64,000 nt of DNA from Eubacteriales bacterium (GCA_045644805.1 JAZRHO010000079.1:19864-83863); one strand, 5' to 3'. Positions 29,628-40,053 are shown, numbered from the stretch's first letter. A program made the numbers and translations. The notes: generated by a model from the sequence alone, not told the origin.

Positions 29628-30326
29628 ATGGGAAAAGACGTTATAATCGCGTGCGACTTTGACAGCGCCGAAAAAACCTTTGCGTTTCTTGATAAATTTA
29701 CAGGCAAAAAGCCCTTCGTTAAAATCGGAATGGAGCTTTACTATGCTTGCGGACCTTCCATAGTTCGCGAGATAAAAGCAAGAGGACATAAAATCTTCCT
29801 CGACCTTAAGCTTCACGATATACCTAACACTGTAAAAAAATCTATGGCTGTGCTCTCTCACCTCGACGTTGATATGACTAACCTTCACGCCGCAGGAACA
29901 GGAAGAATGATGCAAGCAGCTATCGAAGGACTTACAAGAGAAGACGGAACCCGTCCTTTGCTTATCGCTGTAACTCAGCTTACGTCCACCGACGAAGAAA
30001 CCATGAAGCGCGACCTTCTTATTGATAAGCCCATAGCTGACGTTGTTATGCACTATGCAGAATGCGCTAAAAATTCAGGGCTTGACGGCGTGGTTTGCTC
30101 TCCGCTTGAAGCCGGAAAGGTCCACGAGCGTTGCGGAGAAAAATTCCTCACCGTTACTCCGGGCGTTCGTTTTGCTGACGGAGATATAGGAGATCAGAAG
30201 AGAGTTATGACACCTGCTGAAGCAAAGAGAATAGGCTCTGACTATATCGTTGTCGGAAGACCTATCACCGCTGCTGATGATCCCGTTGCCGCATATGAGA
30301 GATGCGTTCGCGAATTTGTTAACTGA
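29628..30326 (+). CDS. pyrF: orotidine-5'-phosphate decarboxylase
   Basis: 232 aa. [18 protein letters not shown] and VVGRPI motifs. Confidence 0.93.
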   Translation: MGKDVIIACDFDSAEKTFAFLDKFTGKKPFVKIGMELYYACGPSIVREIKARGHKIFLDLKLHDIPNTVKKSMAVLSHLDVDMTNLHAAGTGRMMQAAIEGLTREDGTRPLLIAVTQLTSTDEETMKRDLLIDKPIADVVMHYAECAKNSGLDGVVCSPLEAGKVHERCGEKFLTVTPGVRFADGDIGDQKRVMTPAEAKRIGSDYIVVGRPITAADDPVAAYERCVREFVN

Positions 30327-30352
30327 TAATAAAAATAAAGGAGATAAACATT

Positions 30353-31009
30353 ATGGAAAGCTACAAGAGAGAGTTTATTGAATTTTTACAAAGTGCAGGC
30401 GTTCTTAAGTTCGGCGACTTTACCGCTAAGAGCGGAAGAAAAATCCCTTACTTTATCAATGCAGGCGAAATCAAAACAGGTGAGCACATAGCAAAGCTCG
30501 GTACCTTCTATGCGAAGGCTTACCGCGAAAAGCTCGGTGATAAGAAAGCGGCTCTCTATGGCCCTGCATATAAGGGTATTTCTATTGCCGTTTCTGCATC
30601 GGTTGCTCTTGCAAACGAGGGACTCAATCTTCCCTTCTTCTTTAATAGAAAAGAAGCAAAGGACCACGGTGAGGGCGGCATTTTCGTAGGATATAAGCCT
30701 GCGGAGGACGAAGAGGTTGTTATCGTCGAGGACGTTATTACAGCAGGCACAGCTATACGCGAGACCATGGAAATTATGAAGAGTCTTCCCGGCGTTAAGG
30801 TTGCGGCAACATTCGTTATGGTGGACCGCAAGGAAAAAGGCAAGGGTGAAAAAGGCGCAATGGTCGAGATAGAAGATGAATTCGGATTCCCTGTATATTC
30901 TGTAGTAGACGTATATGATATTATCGAATATCTTGAAGAGGATCCCAAAAATCTTGAAAACGTTGAACGCATAAAGAAATATCTTGAAGTTTACGGAGCT
31001 AAAGCATAA
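30353..31009 (+). CDS. pyrE: orotate phosphoribosyltransferase
   Basis: 218 aa. [15 protein letters not shown] and the PRPP loop [13 protein letters not shown]. Confidence 0.92.
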   Translation: MESYKREFIEFLQSAGVLKFGDFTAKSGRKIPYFINAGEIKTGEHIAKLGTFYAKAYREKLGDKKAALYGPAYKGISIAVSASVALANEGLNLPFFFNRKEAKDHGEGGIFVGYKPAEDEEVVIVEDVITAGTAIRETMEIMKSLPGVKVAATFVMVDRKEKGKGEKGAMVEIEDEFGFPVYSVVDVYDIIEYLEEDPKNLENVERIKKYLEVYGAKA

Positions 31010-31010
31010 G

Positions 31011-32105
31011 ATGAGAAGTGTTATAGATATAGATAATCTCTCTGTTGAAGAGATTGACGGTCTTATAAACACCGCCAAGGATATTATGAAAAATCCTACA
31101 AAATACTCCGAGATTTGCAAAGGAAAAAAGCTTGCGACTCTCTTCTTTGAGCCATCTACAAGAACAAGACTCAGCTTTGAGGCTGCAATGCATGAGCTTG
31201 GAGGAAGCGTTATCGGATTTTCCGAGCCGAACAGTACCTCTGCATCAAAGGGAGAAAGCGTTGCCGATACCTCAAAGGTAATCAGCTGCTACGCAGATAT
31301 AATAGCAATGCGCCATCCGATGGAGGGTGCGCCGTACGTTGCATCTCTTAATGCCTCAATCCCCGTTATCAACGCGGGTGACGGAAGCCATTGCCATCCG
31401 ACTCAAACGCTTGCGGATCTTCTCACCATATCCGTTGAAAAGGGCAGACTTGACAATATGACAGTCGGCTTCTGCGGAGATCTAAAATACGGAAGAACCG
31501 TTCATTCTCTTATAAACGCACTTTCCCGCTACAAAAACATAAAGCTTATTCTTATTTCCCCCGAGGAACTTAAAATACCAAGCTTCGTAAGATATGAAAC
31601 TATTGAAAAGTGCGGTATGGAAATAATTGAAACAACTTCACTCGAAGAAGCGTTACCAAAGCTTGACGTGCTTTATATGACTCGTGTTCAACGCGAGAGA
31701 TTTGCGGACGAGGATGAGTATGAAAGACTTAAGGACAGTTATATTCTTACTGAAAAGAAGCTTGCTTTAGCAAAAAGCGATACAATAGTCCTCCATCCTC
31801 TTCCTCGCGTAAATGAGATAAGTGTCAAGGTAGACGATGATCCCAGAGCTTGTTATTTCAAGCAGGTTCTTAACGCAAAATATATGAGAATGGCACTCAT
31901 ATTAAAGCTTCTTGACGAAGCAAAAGCTCCTAAGGTAAAGGAAGTCTTTGAAGGAGAAAATTATATAATCGATGAATTCTCCTGCACGAATCCAAAATGT
32001 ATCAGCCAAACAGAGCAGGAGCTTCCAAAGATTTTTAAAATAACAGATAGAGAAGCAAAAATTTGCAGATGCATATTCTGCGAAGCAAAACACGTTATAA
32101 AATAG
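31011..32105 (+). CDS. pyrB: aspartate carbamoyltransferase catalytic chain fused to a PyrI-type zinc domain
   Basis: ATCase motifs [13 protein letters not shown] and HPLPR. The C-terminal roughly 50 aa carry CTNPKCIS-x20-CRCIFC, matching the PyrI zinc-domain pattern C-x4-C-x23-C-x2-C. Start set at ATG 31011, just after the pyrE stop. Confidence 0.88.
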   Translation: MRSVIDIDNLSVEEIDGLINTAKDIMKNPTKYSEICKGKKLATLFFEPSTRTRLSFEAAMHELGGSVIGFSEPNSTSASKGESVADTSKVISCYADIIAMRHPMEGAPYVASLNASIPVINAGDGSHCHPTQTLADLLTISVEKGRLDNMTVGFCGDLKYGRTVHSLINALSRYKNIKLILISPEELKIPSFVRYETIEKCGMEIIETTSLEEALPKLDVLYMTRVQRERFADEDEYERLKDSYILTEKKLALAKSDTIVLHPLPRVNEISVKVDDDPRACYFKQVLNAKYMRMALILKLLDEAKAPKVKEVFEGENYIIDEFSCTNPKCISQTEQELPKIFKITDREAKICRCIFCEAKHVIK

Positions 32106-32120
32106 AAAGGATTACAAATT

Positions 32121-33626
32121 ATGGCTAAGTTTATCAATGAGCCTTCCCATACCTTTAATGAGTATCTTCTCATTCCCGGATATAGCTCCAAGGAATGTGT
32201 ACCGGCAAATGTAAGTCTTAAGACTCCTCTTGTTAAGTTCAAAAGGGGTGAAACAAGCGCAATAACAATGAACATACCTATGGTATCTGCTATAATGCAA
32301 GCTGTATCCGGTGAAAAGCTCGCTGTAGCTCTTGCTAAAGAGGGTGGCGTATCATTCATATACGGCTCTCAATCCATCGAAGACGAAGCTGCAATGGTAA
32401 GACGCGCAAAAAATACAAAGGCAGGATTCGTTGTCAGCGATTCCAATATCACACCTGATGCAACTATGAGAGACGTTGTGGCTCTCAAGGAAAAAACAGG
32501 TCACTCCACTGTTGCTGTAACCGAAGACGGTAAGCCTCAGGGAAAGCTTCTCGGTATAGTTACGGGACGCGATTACCGCGTGTCAAGAATGGATCCCGAC
32601 ACAAAGGTATCCGAATTTATGACACCCTTCAATAAGCTTATATACGCTAAAGAAGGAACAACTCTCAAAGAAGCAAACGATATAATTTGGGAGCATAAGC
32701 TCAATTCGCTTCCCATAGTAAGCGATGAGGGAAATCTTCTTTATATGGTATTCCGCAAGGACTATGATACCCACAAGAAGAATCCAAACGAGCTGCTCGA
32801 CGCTTCCAAGAGATACGTTGTCGGTGCGGGAATAAACACCCGCGATTATGCGCAAAGAGTTCCCGCTCTTGTTGAAGCCGGTGTTGACGTGCTCTGCATT
32901 GATTCATCCGAAGGCTTCTCTGAGTGGCAGAAAATAACTATTGACTGGATCCGTGCTAAATACGGCGATACAGTTAAGGTGGGCGCAGGTAACGTGGTTG
33001 ACGCTGCAGGATTCCGTTTCCTTGCAGATTGCGGCGCAGATTTTATAAAAGTAGGTATCGGTGGAGGCTCTATATGTATTACCCGTGAAACGAAGGGTAT
33101 AGGACGCGGTCAGGCAACAGCTCTTATTGACGTTTGCGCGGAGCGTGACAGATACTTCGAAGAAACAGGCATATATATTCCTGTCTGCTCAGACGGAGGA
33201 ATTGTATATGACCATCATATTACCCTCTCCTTGGCAATGGGTGCTGACTTCGTAATGCTCGGCAGATATTTTGCAAGATTCGACGAGAGTCCTTCAAACA
33301 AGGTCGCCATAGGCGGCACTTATTATAAGGAATATTGGGGTGAAGGCTCTGCACGTGCAAGAAACTGGCAGCGTTATGACCTTGGCGGTGACAGCAAGCT
33401 GTCATTCGTTGAAGGTGTCGACTCTTACGTTCCCTATGCAGGAAAACTCAAGGACAACGTTGCAATGTCGCTCGCAAAGGTTCGCTCGACAATGTGCAAC
33501 TGCGGTGCTCTTACAATTCCCGAGCTTCAGCAAAAGGCAGTTCTTACACTTGTTTCCGCGACAAGTATTATAGAAGGCGGCGCTCACGATGTTATCGAAA
33601 AAGACAAAGGCGCAGGCATTAAATAA
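32121..33626 (+). CDS. guaB: IMP dehydrogenase
   Basis: 501 aa. A CBS pair is inserted in the TIM barrel. Catalytic loop [12 protein letters not shown]. The start is 15 nt after the pyrB stop, with RBS AAAGGA. Confidence 0.95.
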   Translation: MAKFINEPSHTFNEYLLIPGYSSKECVPANVSLKTPLVKFKRGETSAITMNIPMVSAIMQAVSGEKLAVALAKEGGVSFIYGSQSIEDEAAMVRRAKNTKAGFVVSDSNITPDATMRDVVALKEKTGHSTVAVTEDGKPQGKLLGIVTGRDYRVSRMDPDTKVSEFMTPFNKLIYAKEGTTLKEANDIIWEHKLNSLPIVSDEGNLLYMVFRKDYDTHKKNPNELLDASKRYVVGAGINTRDYAQRVPALVEAGVDVLCIDSSEGFSEWQKITIDWIRAKYGDTVKVGAGNVVDAAGFRFLADCGADFIKVGIGGGSICITRETKGIGRGQATALIDVCAERDRYFEETGIYIPVCSDGGIVYDHHITLSLAMGADFVMLGRYFARFDESPSNKVAIGGTYYKEYWGEGSARARNWQRYDLGGDSKLSFVEGVDSYVPYAGKLKDNVAMSLAKVRSTMCNCGALTIPELQQKAVLTLVSATSIIEGGAHDVIEKDKGAGIK

Positions 33627-33654
33627 AGTTTTTGACAATAAATATTTACAAAAT

Positions 33655-33698
33655 CAAACCGCACAGCCGAATATGGCTATGCGGTTTGATCTATTTTT
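33655..33698. terminator. terminator between convergent guaB and the SGNH hydrolase gene
   Basis: CAAACCGCACAGCC pairs with GGCTATGCGGTTTG (14 bp, 1 mismatch), followed by a T-rich tract. Confidence 0.75.
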
Positions 33699-33718
33699 GT
33701 TGACACAATAATTTTTTG

Positions 33719-34708
33719 TTAGTTTTCAAGATGTAGCTTATCTACTATCATTTCAGCTATCCTCTTCATTCCTCTGTCACCTGGATGAGTAAGCCAAGTC
33801 TCCCTGGTCGGCATAAGAGTTCCGTCAGGACCGAGATAATAAGGCTGATCATGAGCTTCATTTTCTTTGCTTCTCGCTTCGCCTATATCCAATGACTCAA
33901 TGCCGTGCCGTGCGCAAAGAGCTTCAATCTCAGCATATACGTGGGGGCGTGTATACCAACCGTGAACCCATATAATTCTAGCCTTTGGCGAACGTTCCTT
34001 AATGCGTTTTATAAGTATATCACCGCTCAGCTTAAAGGTTGCGTACTTTAAATCGGTATTTATATTGTCGCCAAGCTGAATAATAATCAAATCTAAATCC
34101 TCAACAAAGCTGTTACAGGTAGGCGCAAGGTTTTTGAGATTCTCTGTATTATACCAATTTTCAAAAGCTTCCATATTCTCCGCATGTTCAAAAAAGCTTC
34201 CGTAAAGCTTTTCAAAAGATGCGTTTGGCTCAAGGCTTTTTATGTATTTTGTTACGTGATAGAAATAATCCTTGTCCGGTGCGCTGGAGCACATACCGTA
34301 TTTGCCCATGCCAAATACGAGCGAATTTCCTATAAAGAGTGTTTTTTTCGGCACGGGGTAGCGCTTAAAAATATTATTTTCATTTTGCTTCAATGAGATT
34401 CGGCGCTCGGGAAGAAACTCCGAAAGTGAAATCTTGCTCACATCAGCATCAAAATCATCCGAAATGGGTGATATCTCTGAGGCAAAGGTCTTGACACATG
34501 CATATACCGCATAGCTTATAGGGTCAAACTGATATTCAACCGAGAATTCTCCAACCGTAACAGAATCTTTTCTTAAAATTTTGCGTTCACCGCTTTCTGT
34601 AATGCCGATAAGCCTTACTTCGCCTTCTCCGGCTCTGACCGTACCCTCGGCACAAAGCTTAACGTCATCACAAAGAAACTTTATTTCTTCGGTAGTAATA
34701 GTTCTCAT
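33719..34708 (-). CDS. SGNH/GDSL-type hydrolase with an N-terminal extra domain
   Basis: LFIGNSLVFGMG (block I Ser), IIQLGDN and HPGDRGM blocks. Start set at ATG 34708 with RBS AAAGGAG; the track ORF starts at 34795 inside the upstream gene. Confidence 0.75.
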   Translation of the reverse strand: MRTITTEEIKFLCDDVKLCAEGTVRAGEGEVRLIGITESGERKILRKDSVTVGEFSVEYQFDPISYAVYACVKTFASEISPISDDFDADVSKISLSEFLPERRISLKQNENNIFKRYPVPKKTLFIGNSLVFGMGKYGMCSSAPDKDYFYHVTKYIKSLEPNASFEKLYGSFFEHAENMEAFENWYNTENLKNLAPTCNSFVEDLDLIIIQLGDNINTDLKYATFKLSGDILIKRIKERSPKARIIWVHGWYTRPHVYAEIEALCARHGIESLDIGEARSKENEAHDQPYYLGPDGTLMPTRETWLTHPGDRGMKRIAEMIVDKLHLEN

Positions 34709-34724
34709 ATGAGCTCCTTTCAAT

Positions 34725-35576
34725 CTAAAATCTTCTTGCATAAGTGCATTTTTTACAAACGTTATGCACGTATTTTCCGGATCTAAAGCCCTCAAGCATT
34801 CTTTGCGTCAACGGTTTAGCAAAAATTTCTGAAAGCTCCTCGGAGAATATATTTCCAAGGGGCATACTTCCCTCTGAATCAAGACAGCAAGGCACTACGG
34901 TACCATCTGCGAGTATCGCTATCTGACTGCGAAGAGCATGGCACGTACCGAACTCAACCTCATCTGACGAGCTTTCCGAAGGCCATGTAAAAATACCGTC
35001 ATATTCAAGAAACGTTCTATCGGCTATCCTATATCCGCTATATCTTTTTTCCCATTCCACGGGATATTCCTCGTGTAGCATTTTCTCGGCAAAGGCATTT
35101 TGCAAGTTTAATCCCTCTTTGCTGTCCGTATCAAGATTCCATAAACGAAATACCGCATTTTTATCAAGCGCGGCAAGCTTTTTCGCAAAAGCTATAGCCG
35201 AGGAAAGATATTCGTTATCAAAAATATCCCATCCGTTCCCCTCGGGCGCGTGTAAGGAAATACTTACTCTATGTATAGCATCCGAATTTTCAAGAATAAC
35301 GTCGCCCCTTTCACGAAGTAACGTTCCGTTAGTGGTTATACATACTAAATAACCGTATTTTTTGGCTGCCTTAAGAAACTCCGAAAGCTTGGGATGCAAA
35401 AGAGGCTCACCCATTACGTGAAAATAAAGATATTTGGTATATCCCTTTAGTTTTTTGCATATATGCTCAAATTCCTCGATCCTCATTTGCCTTGGAGCTC
35501 TTGAGGTTTTCGGACAAAAAGCGCAACTTAAGTTACAGATATTTCCTATTTCTATATATATACGGTCAAGTCTCAT
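34725..35576 (-). CDS. radical SAM enzyme, short form with a partial SPASM/twitch-like Cys-rich C-terminus
   Basis: 283 aa. CNLSCAFC (CX3CX2C) at residues 14-21. C-terminal Cys set C...PCC...CKKC. 4-nt overlap with the upstream GDPD gene. Confidence 0.85.
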   Translation of the reverse strand: MRLDRIYIEIGNICNLSCAFCPKTSRAPRQMRIEEFEHICKKLKGYTKYLYFHVMGEPLLHPKLSEFLKAAKKYGYLVCITTNGTLLRERGDVILENSDAIHRVSISLHAPEGNGWDIFDNEYLSSAIAFAKKLAALDKNAVFRLWNLDTDSKEGLNLQNAFAEKMLHEEYPVEWEKRYSGYRIADRTFLEYDGIFTWPSESSSDEVEFGTCHALRSQIAILADGTVVPCCLDSEGSMPLGNIFSEELSEIFAKPLTQRMLEGFRSGKYVHNVCKKCTYARRF

Positions 35577-36412
35577 TTCTTAAGCTTTCTGGCACCAATC
35601 TTATCAAGTATCCGACCGCAGGTATAGGGATCATCGCACGTAAAGCCTATAGCTCCGTTTTCAAAAGCTGCTTTATAATCGGCTTCATTGGTATTCCACG
35701 AGAAATAAACGCATGGCTTCATACCCATAAGGCGGAACTCATCGAAGCGCGCCTTATCGGCAACGGGCGACGCGGGAACAACAGACGGCATTCCTTCAGG
35801 ACTCTTCGTAGGTTTTGAGAAAATGCATACCTCGTCATAATACTTATAAGGATCGTCTTTTTCAAAGCCGCGCATAACAGTCTTAGGATAGAATCCGTGA
35901 ATAGAAAAATCGTCCTTTGAATATCTTGTGCGAAGCCAAGCGCAAATACCCGAAGAGAAGGTAATAACAGTCAGTCTTTCTTTACCGAAAATACCGTACT
36001 CACGGCAAAGACGCAGAGTCTGTTCCGCAGAGGCATAAGCAAAATCTCCTATCTCCTCGGGATAATCCTTGAGTTCAAGAAGAAGCCTCAGATCAGGGCG
36101 TGTAGCCATAAGAGCAAGGAACTCCTCCATAGTCGGAATCTTTTCACCCTTAAATTCCTCTCCGAATTTTATGCCCGCATCGGCTTCTCTTACCTCTTCG
36201 AGTGTCATTTGATATATAAAGCCTGATTTGTCGGTAGTTCTTGTAATATTAGCGTCATGACAAATGACAATATGGTAATCCTTCGTCATATGCACGTCCA
36301 TTTCTATTGAATCAATATCAAGCTTTAAGGCTTCTTTAAAAGCGATCATAGTATTTTCGGGATATTTTTGGCGGTATCCTCTGTGAGCTGTAAGTGTCAC
36401 GTTATTATTCAT
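35573..36412 (-). CDS. glycerophosphodiester phosphodiesterase (GDPD family)
   Basis: 279 aa. AHRGYRQKYPENT, IEMDVHMTKD and VICHD motifs. RBS AAAGGA. Confidence 0.88.
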   Translation of the reverse strand: MNNNVTLTAHRGYRQKYPENTMIAFKEALKLDIDSIEMDVHMTKDYHIVICHDANITRTTDKSGFIYQMTLEEVREADAGIKFGEEFKGEKIPTMEEFLALMATRPDLRLLLELKDYPEEIGDFAYASAEQTLRLCREYGIFGKERLTVITFSSGICAWLRTRYSKDDFSIHGFYPKTVMRGFEKDDPYKYYDEVCIFSKPTKSPEGMPSVVPASPVADKARFDEFRLMGMKPCVYFSWNTNEADYKAAFENGAIGFTCDDPYTCGRILDKIGARKLKK

Positions 36413-36593
36413 ATTGATAAATTCCTTTCAATTATCTTTGTTAAATTTTTCGCGTAAATATAAAAAATAGATCGGTTGGATGAAGATAACAGTCATCACA
36501 AAGTTGTATTTTAACAGCACCAAGGGTTGCCTTTCTTATGTCAGATGCAGTAAAACGCATATAATTCATTCTTCTCATATTTCGTATATTTTG

Positions 36594-36622
36594 ATTTTAG
36601 CACAACTAAAAAGGATAGTCAA
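36594..36622 (-). promoter_or_regulatory. promoter of the GDPD / radical-SAM / SGNH operon
   Basis: Minus strand reads TTGACT (36622-36617), a 17-nt spacer, then TGcTAAAAT (hexamer 36599-36594). This leaves a leader of about 175 nt. Confidence 0.6.
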
Positions 36623-36676
36623 TACTTTCTGCCGCTTTTAATAACTCTTTGTTAATGTAACAATATTAAAAACATA

Positions 36677-36705
36677 TTGCAAATATTTTAGGAACCGTGT
36701 ATAAT
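36677..36705 (+). promoter_or_regulatory. promoter of the 109-aa hypothetical gene
   Basis: TTGCAA, a 17-nt spacer, then TGtTATAAT (extended -10). Confidence 0.55.
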
Positions 36706-36737
36706 ATAAACAACGAAAATCATGGAGATATTTACCT

Positions 36738-37067
36738 ATGGCACAATACAAAATTCATTTAAGATACGTTTACACGTTTTACAGCTTCGGCGAAATCCTT
36801 GAAGAAGATGCCTTTGATGAGTTCGTTGAACTCAAAGATTCACCTTGCCGTTTTACGCTCCACGACCAAGAAGACGGAAGCTTTATTCTCAGCGAAATCA
36901 AGGAAGATTACATAGGAAAATTTGTTACTGTCACATTCCCGAACAAGGATAATATCATAGTGCGAAAAAACGAAGAATCTGAACTTGCATACGATGAATA
37001 TTTCGATTCAATGGGCGATGATAATCACAATGTATATGAAGGTACAATATCTTTGGAAAATTCATGA
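36738..37067 (+). CDS. hypothetical acidic protein
   Basis: 109 aa, with no motif I recognise. It has a promoter, a GGAG RBS and a downstream terminator. Confidence 0.5.
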   Translation: MAQYKIHLRYVYTFYSFGEILEEDAFDEFVELKDSPCRFTLHDQEDGSFILSEIKEDYIGKFVTVTFPNKDNIIVRKNEESELAYDEYFDSMGDDNHNVYEGTISLENS

Positions 37068-37086
37068 TTTGTTAATAATAGTTTAC

Positions 37087-37130
37087 AAAAAGGGCTGTCT
37101 CAAACTCACGTTTAAGACAGTCCCTTTTGT
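37087..37130. terminator. bidirectional terminator between the hypothetical gene and clpB
   Basis: AAAAGGGCTGTCT pairs with AGACAGTCCCTTTT (one bulge), with A/T runs on both sides. Confidence 0.75.
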
Positions 37131-37148
37131 GTGAATAGTCATATTTGT

Positions 37149-39740
37149 TTAATGCTCCGCAAAGAGATTACCATCACGAAGTCCGATTCTTATTTCACTA
37201 TCGGGAGCTATATCCTCAGCGATAATTCTCTTAGCAACAAGCGTCTCAAGCTTGGACTGCAAAAATCTCTTAAGAGGACGCGCACCGTAGATAGGATCAT
37301 AAGCCGATTTAATAATAAAATCCTTTGCCTCATCGTCAACCCTAACAATGATACGCTTATCCTCAAGTCGCTTTCCAAGATCGCGAAGCGCAAGATCTAC
37401 AATTGAACGAATGTTGTCACGGGTTAGGGGTTTGAAGTAAATTATCTCATCAAGTCTGTTTAAGAATTCAGGGCGGAATGAGCGCTTCAAAAGCATATCA
37501 ACCGATTTTTTTGCTTCTTCGCTTATTTCATTATTCTCTATTCCGTCAAGAATAATATCAGAGCCAAGATTGCTAGTCATTATAATGATAGTGTTTTTGA
37601 AGTCAACAGTTCTGCCTTGGCTATCTGTAATTCTGCCATCATCAAGAACCTGTAAAAGAACATTAAAAACATCCGAATGAGCCTTCCCAATCTCATCAAA
37701 TAAGACAACCGCATAAGGCTTACGCCGAACCGCCTCGGTAAGCTGACCGCCTTCGTCGTATCCAACATATCCGGGAGGAGCACCGATAAGTCTTGATACA
37801 CTGTATTTCTCCATATATTCGGACATATCTATTCTGATAATGCTTTTTTCATCATCAAACAGCGCCTCTGCCAATGCCTTAGCAAGCTCTGTTTTTCCTA
37901 CTCCCGTCGGACCGAGGAACATAAATGAGCCAATAGGTCTTTTAGGGTCTCGAATACCTGCCCTTGAGCGCAGTATAGCATCACACACCTTTATAACGCC
38001 TTCATCCTGGCCTATAACACGTTTATGCAAAAGTTCATCCATCGAAAGAAGCTTATCCCTCTCGCCCTCCATAAGCTTTGACACAGGTATACCCGTCCAT
38101 CTCGCAACAATCTTTGCTATCTCTTCTTCCGAAACGGCATCTCGGAGTAAAGATGTCTCGCGGAGATCTTCTTTTTTCTCGGCTTCTTCAAGCGCCAAGC
38201 GAAGCTCGGGAAGCCTGCCGTATTTAAGCTCTGCTGCTCGGCTGAGATTATACTCATTTTCCGCAATCTCTATCTGCCTTGTGACCTCGTCTATCTCTTC
38301 GCGTATTTTTTGGGTAGCTCCGATGCTTTCCTTTTCGTTTTCCCATTTCATCTTCATAGATGAAAATTTCTCCCGAAGCTCTGCAAGCTCTCCTCTGATA
38401 GCATCTATTCTTTCCTTTGATAGCTTATCGGATTCATGGGCAAGCGCGGCTTCCTCTATTTCAAGCTGCATTATCTTTCGTGATATTTCATCCATTTCGG
38501 TGGGCATTGAATTCATTTCGGTTTTAATGAGCGCGCATGCTTCGTCAACAAGGTCAATAGCCTTATCGGGAAGGAATCTGTCGCTTATATACCTGTTAGA
38601 AAGAATTGCAGCACTGATAAGGGCAGCGTCATGTATCTTAACACCGTGATAAACCTCATATCTCTCTTTCAGACCTCTAAGTATCGCAACAGTATCTTCA
38701 ACCGAAGGCTCTGGTACCATTACAGGCTGAAATCTTCTCTCAAGCGCTGCGTCCTTTTCAACATACATACGGTATTCGTTGAGCGTAGTTGCTCCTATAC
38801 AATGAAGCTCTCCGCGAGCGAGCATTGGCTTGAGCAGATTTCCGGCATCCATAGCTCCGTCAGTTTTTCCCGCTCCTACGATTGTATGAAGCTCGTCGAT
38901 AAAGAGTATAATGTTTCCGCTCGATTCTTTTACCTCGGTAAGGACCGCCTTCAGCCTTTCTTCAAACTCGCCACGATACTTTGCACCTGCCACCAGCGCG
39001 CCCATATCCAACGAGAACAAACGACGGTTTTTAAGATTATCCGGTACGTCTCCTCGGACTATTCTTTGAGCAAGACCTTCAGCTATTGCCGTCTTTCCTA
39101 CGCCGGGCTCACCTATCAGGCATGGATTATTCTTGGATTTTCTTGAAAGTATTCTTATTACGTTACGTATTTCGTCATCACGTCCGATTACAGGATCAAG
39201 CTTATGATTCTTTGCAAGCTCGACCAAATCCTGACCGTATTTTTTCAAAACGTCATACGTTCCTTCCGGATTATCCGTTGTCACCTTAGTATTACCCCTT
39301 ATTCGTTTAAGCTCTTTTAAAATATCACCGCTTTTAATTCCAAAGCGAGAAAATATCTCCTTTATTTTAGTAGATCCGGACCCTGACATAGCAAGGAAAA
39401 TATGCTCGACGGAAAGATAGTCATCTCCCATGTCGGATTTTATTTTTTCTGCATCCTTAAGAGTTTTTTCAAGCTCCGCGCTCATATATACCCTATCAGC
39501 CGAATATCCCGCTCCGCCTACCTTAGGCAAAGAATTTAAAGATTCATTTACCGAGGAAAGGAAGGCTTCCTTATTCTTTCCGAGTGCAGATATTATTTCA
39601 GGGCAAAGCCCTTCCGTATCAGTAAGAAGTGCGTAAAGAAGGTGAAGATCGCTGACGGATGATGCGGATTTTTCACCCGCCGTTTCAACCGCACGACTGA
39701 TAGCTTCTTTAGTTTTATTAGTGAATTTTTCCATGTTCAT
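37149..39740 (-). CDS. clpB: ATP-dependent chaperone ClpB
   Basis: Clp N-domain, two AAA modules ([10 protein letters not shown] and [13 protein letters not shown]) and a long coiled-coil middle domain. Start set at ATG 39740 (RBS GAGGTG); the track ORF starts at GTG 39749. Confidence 0.95.
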   Translation of the reverse strand: MNMEKFTNKTKEAISRAVETAGEKSASSVSDLHLLYALLTDTEGLCPEIISALGKNKEAFLSSVNESLNSLPKVGGAGYSADRVYMSAELEKTLKDAEKIKSDMGDDYLSVEHIFLAMSGSGSTKIKEIFSRFGIKSGDILKELKRIRGNTKVTTDNPEGTYDVLKKYGQDLVELAKNHKLDPVIGRDDEIRNVIRILSRKSKNNPCLIGEPGVGKTAIAEGLAQRIVRGDVPDNLKNRRLFSLDMGALVAGAKYRGEFEERLKAVLTEVKESSGNIILFIDELHTIVGAGKTDGAMDAGNLLKPMLARGELHCIGATTLNEYRMYVEKDAALERRFQPVMVPEPSVEDTVAILRGLKERYEVYHGVKIHDAALISAAILSNRYISDRFLPDKAIDLVDEACALIKTEMNSMPTEMDEISRKIMQLEIEEAALAHESDKLSKERIDAIRGELAELREKFSSMKMKWENEKESIGATQKIREEIDEVTRQIEIAENEYNLSRAAELKYGRLPELRLALEEAEKKEDLRETSLLRDAVSEEEIAKIVARWTGIPVSKLMEGERDKLLSMDELLHKRVIGQDEGVIKVCDAILRSRAGIRDPKRPIGSFMFLGPTGVGKTELAKALAEALFDDEKSIIRIDMSEYMEKYSVSRLIGAPPGYVGYDEGGQLTEAVRRKPYAVVLFDEIGKAHSDVFNVLLQVLDDGRITDSQGRTVDFKNTIIIMTSNLGSDIILDGIENNEISEEAKKSVDMLLKRSFRPEFLNRLDEIIYFKPLTRDNIRSIVDLALRDLGKRLEDKRIIVRVDDEAKDFIIKSAYDPIYGARPLKRFLQSKLETLVAKRIIAEDIAPDSEIRIGLRDGNLFAEH

Positions 39741-39832
39741 TTCCAACACCTCGCCTTCATAAGAACATCTGAATATAGTTTACTTGCATATTATGAACGC
39801 ATAAATACTAAAGTATGTATTTTTTGTAAATA

Positions 39833-39859
39833 TTAGCACTCTTTTGATTCAAGTGCCAA
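39833..39859. promoter_or_regulatory. CIRCE-like inverted repeat (HrcA operator candidate) upstream of clpB
   Basis: TTAGCACTC-N9-AAGTGCCAA compared with the consensus TTAGCACTC-N9-GAGTGCTAA: 9/9 and 7/9 matches, with the exact 9-nt spacer. Confidence 0.6.
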
Positions 39860-39974
39860 TTTTTATAGGCTTAAATTATTTCAATTTTATTGAATAATAG
39901 TTTTTTGTTAGCACTCGCAAACACCGTGCGTGCATTTTTCATCGGACTTTTTATCTAATTTAACAAAACGGCAC

Positions 39975-40003
39975 TTGACAAGAAAACAAATATATAGTAT
40001 TAT
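39975..40003 (+). promoter_or_regulatory. promoter of the membrane transporter gene
   Basis: TTGACA (39975-39980), a 17-nt spacer, then TATTAT (39998-40003). Confidence 0.55.
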
Positions 40004-40053
40004 TTATAGATGGAAATATCATAAATTATATATTTCCCTACGGGAGACATTTA

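Noticed and set aside
39908-39934. A second CIRCE element, TTAGCACTC-N9-GTGCGTGCA.
   Set aside because: Only the left half-site matches, and the right half matches the consensus at few positions. It is mentioned under the CIRCE finding but not called as a feature.
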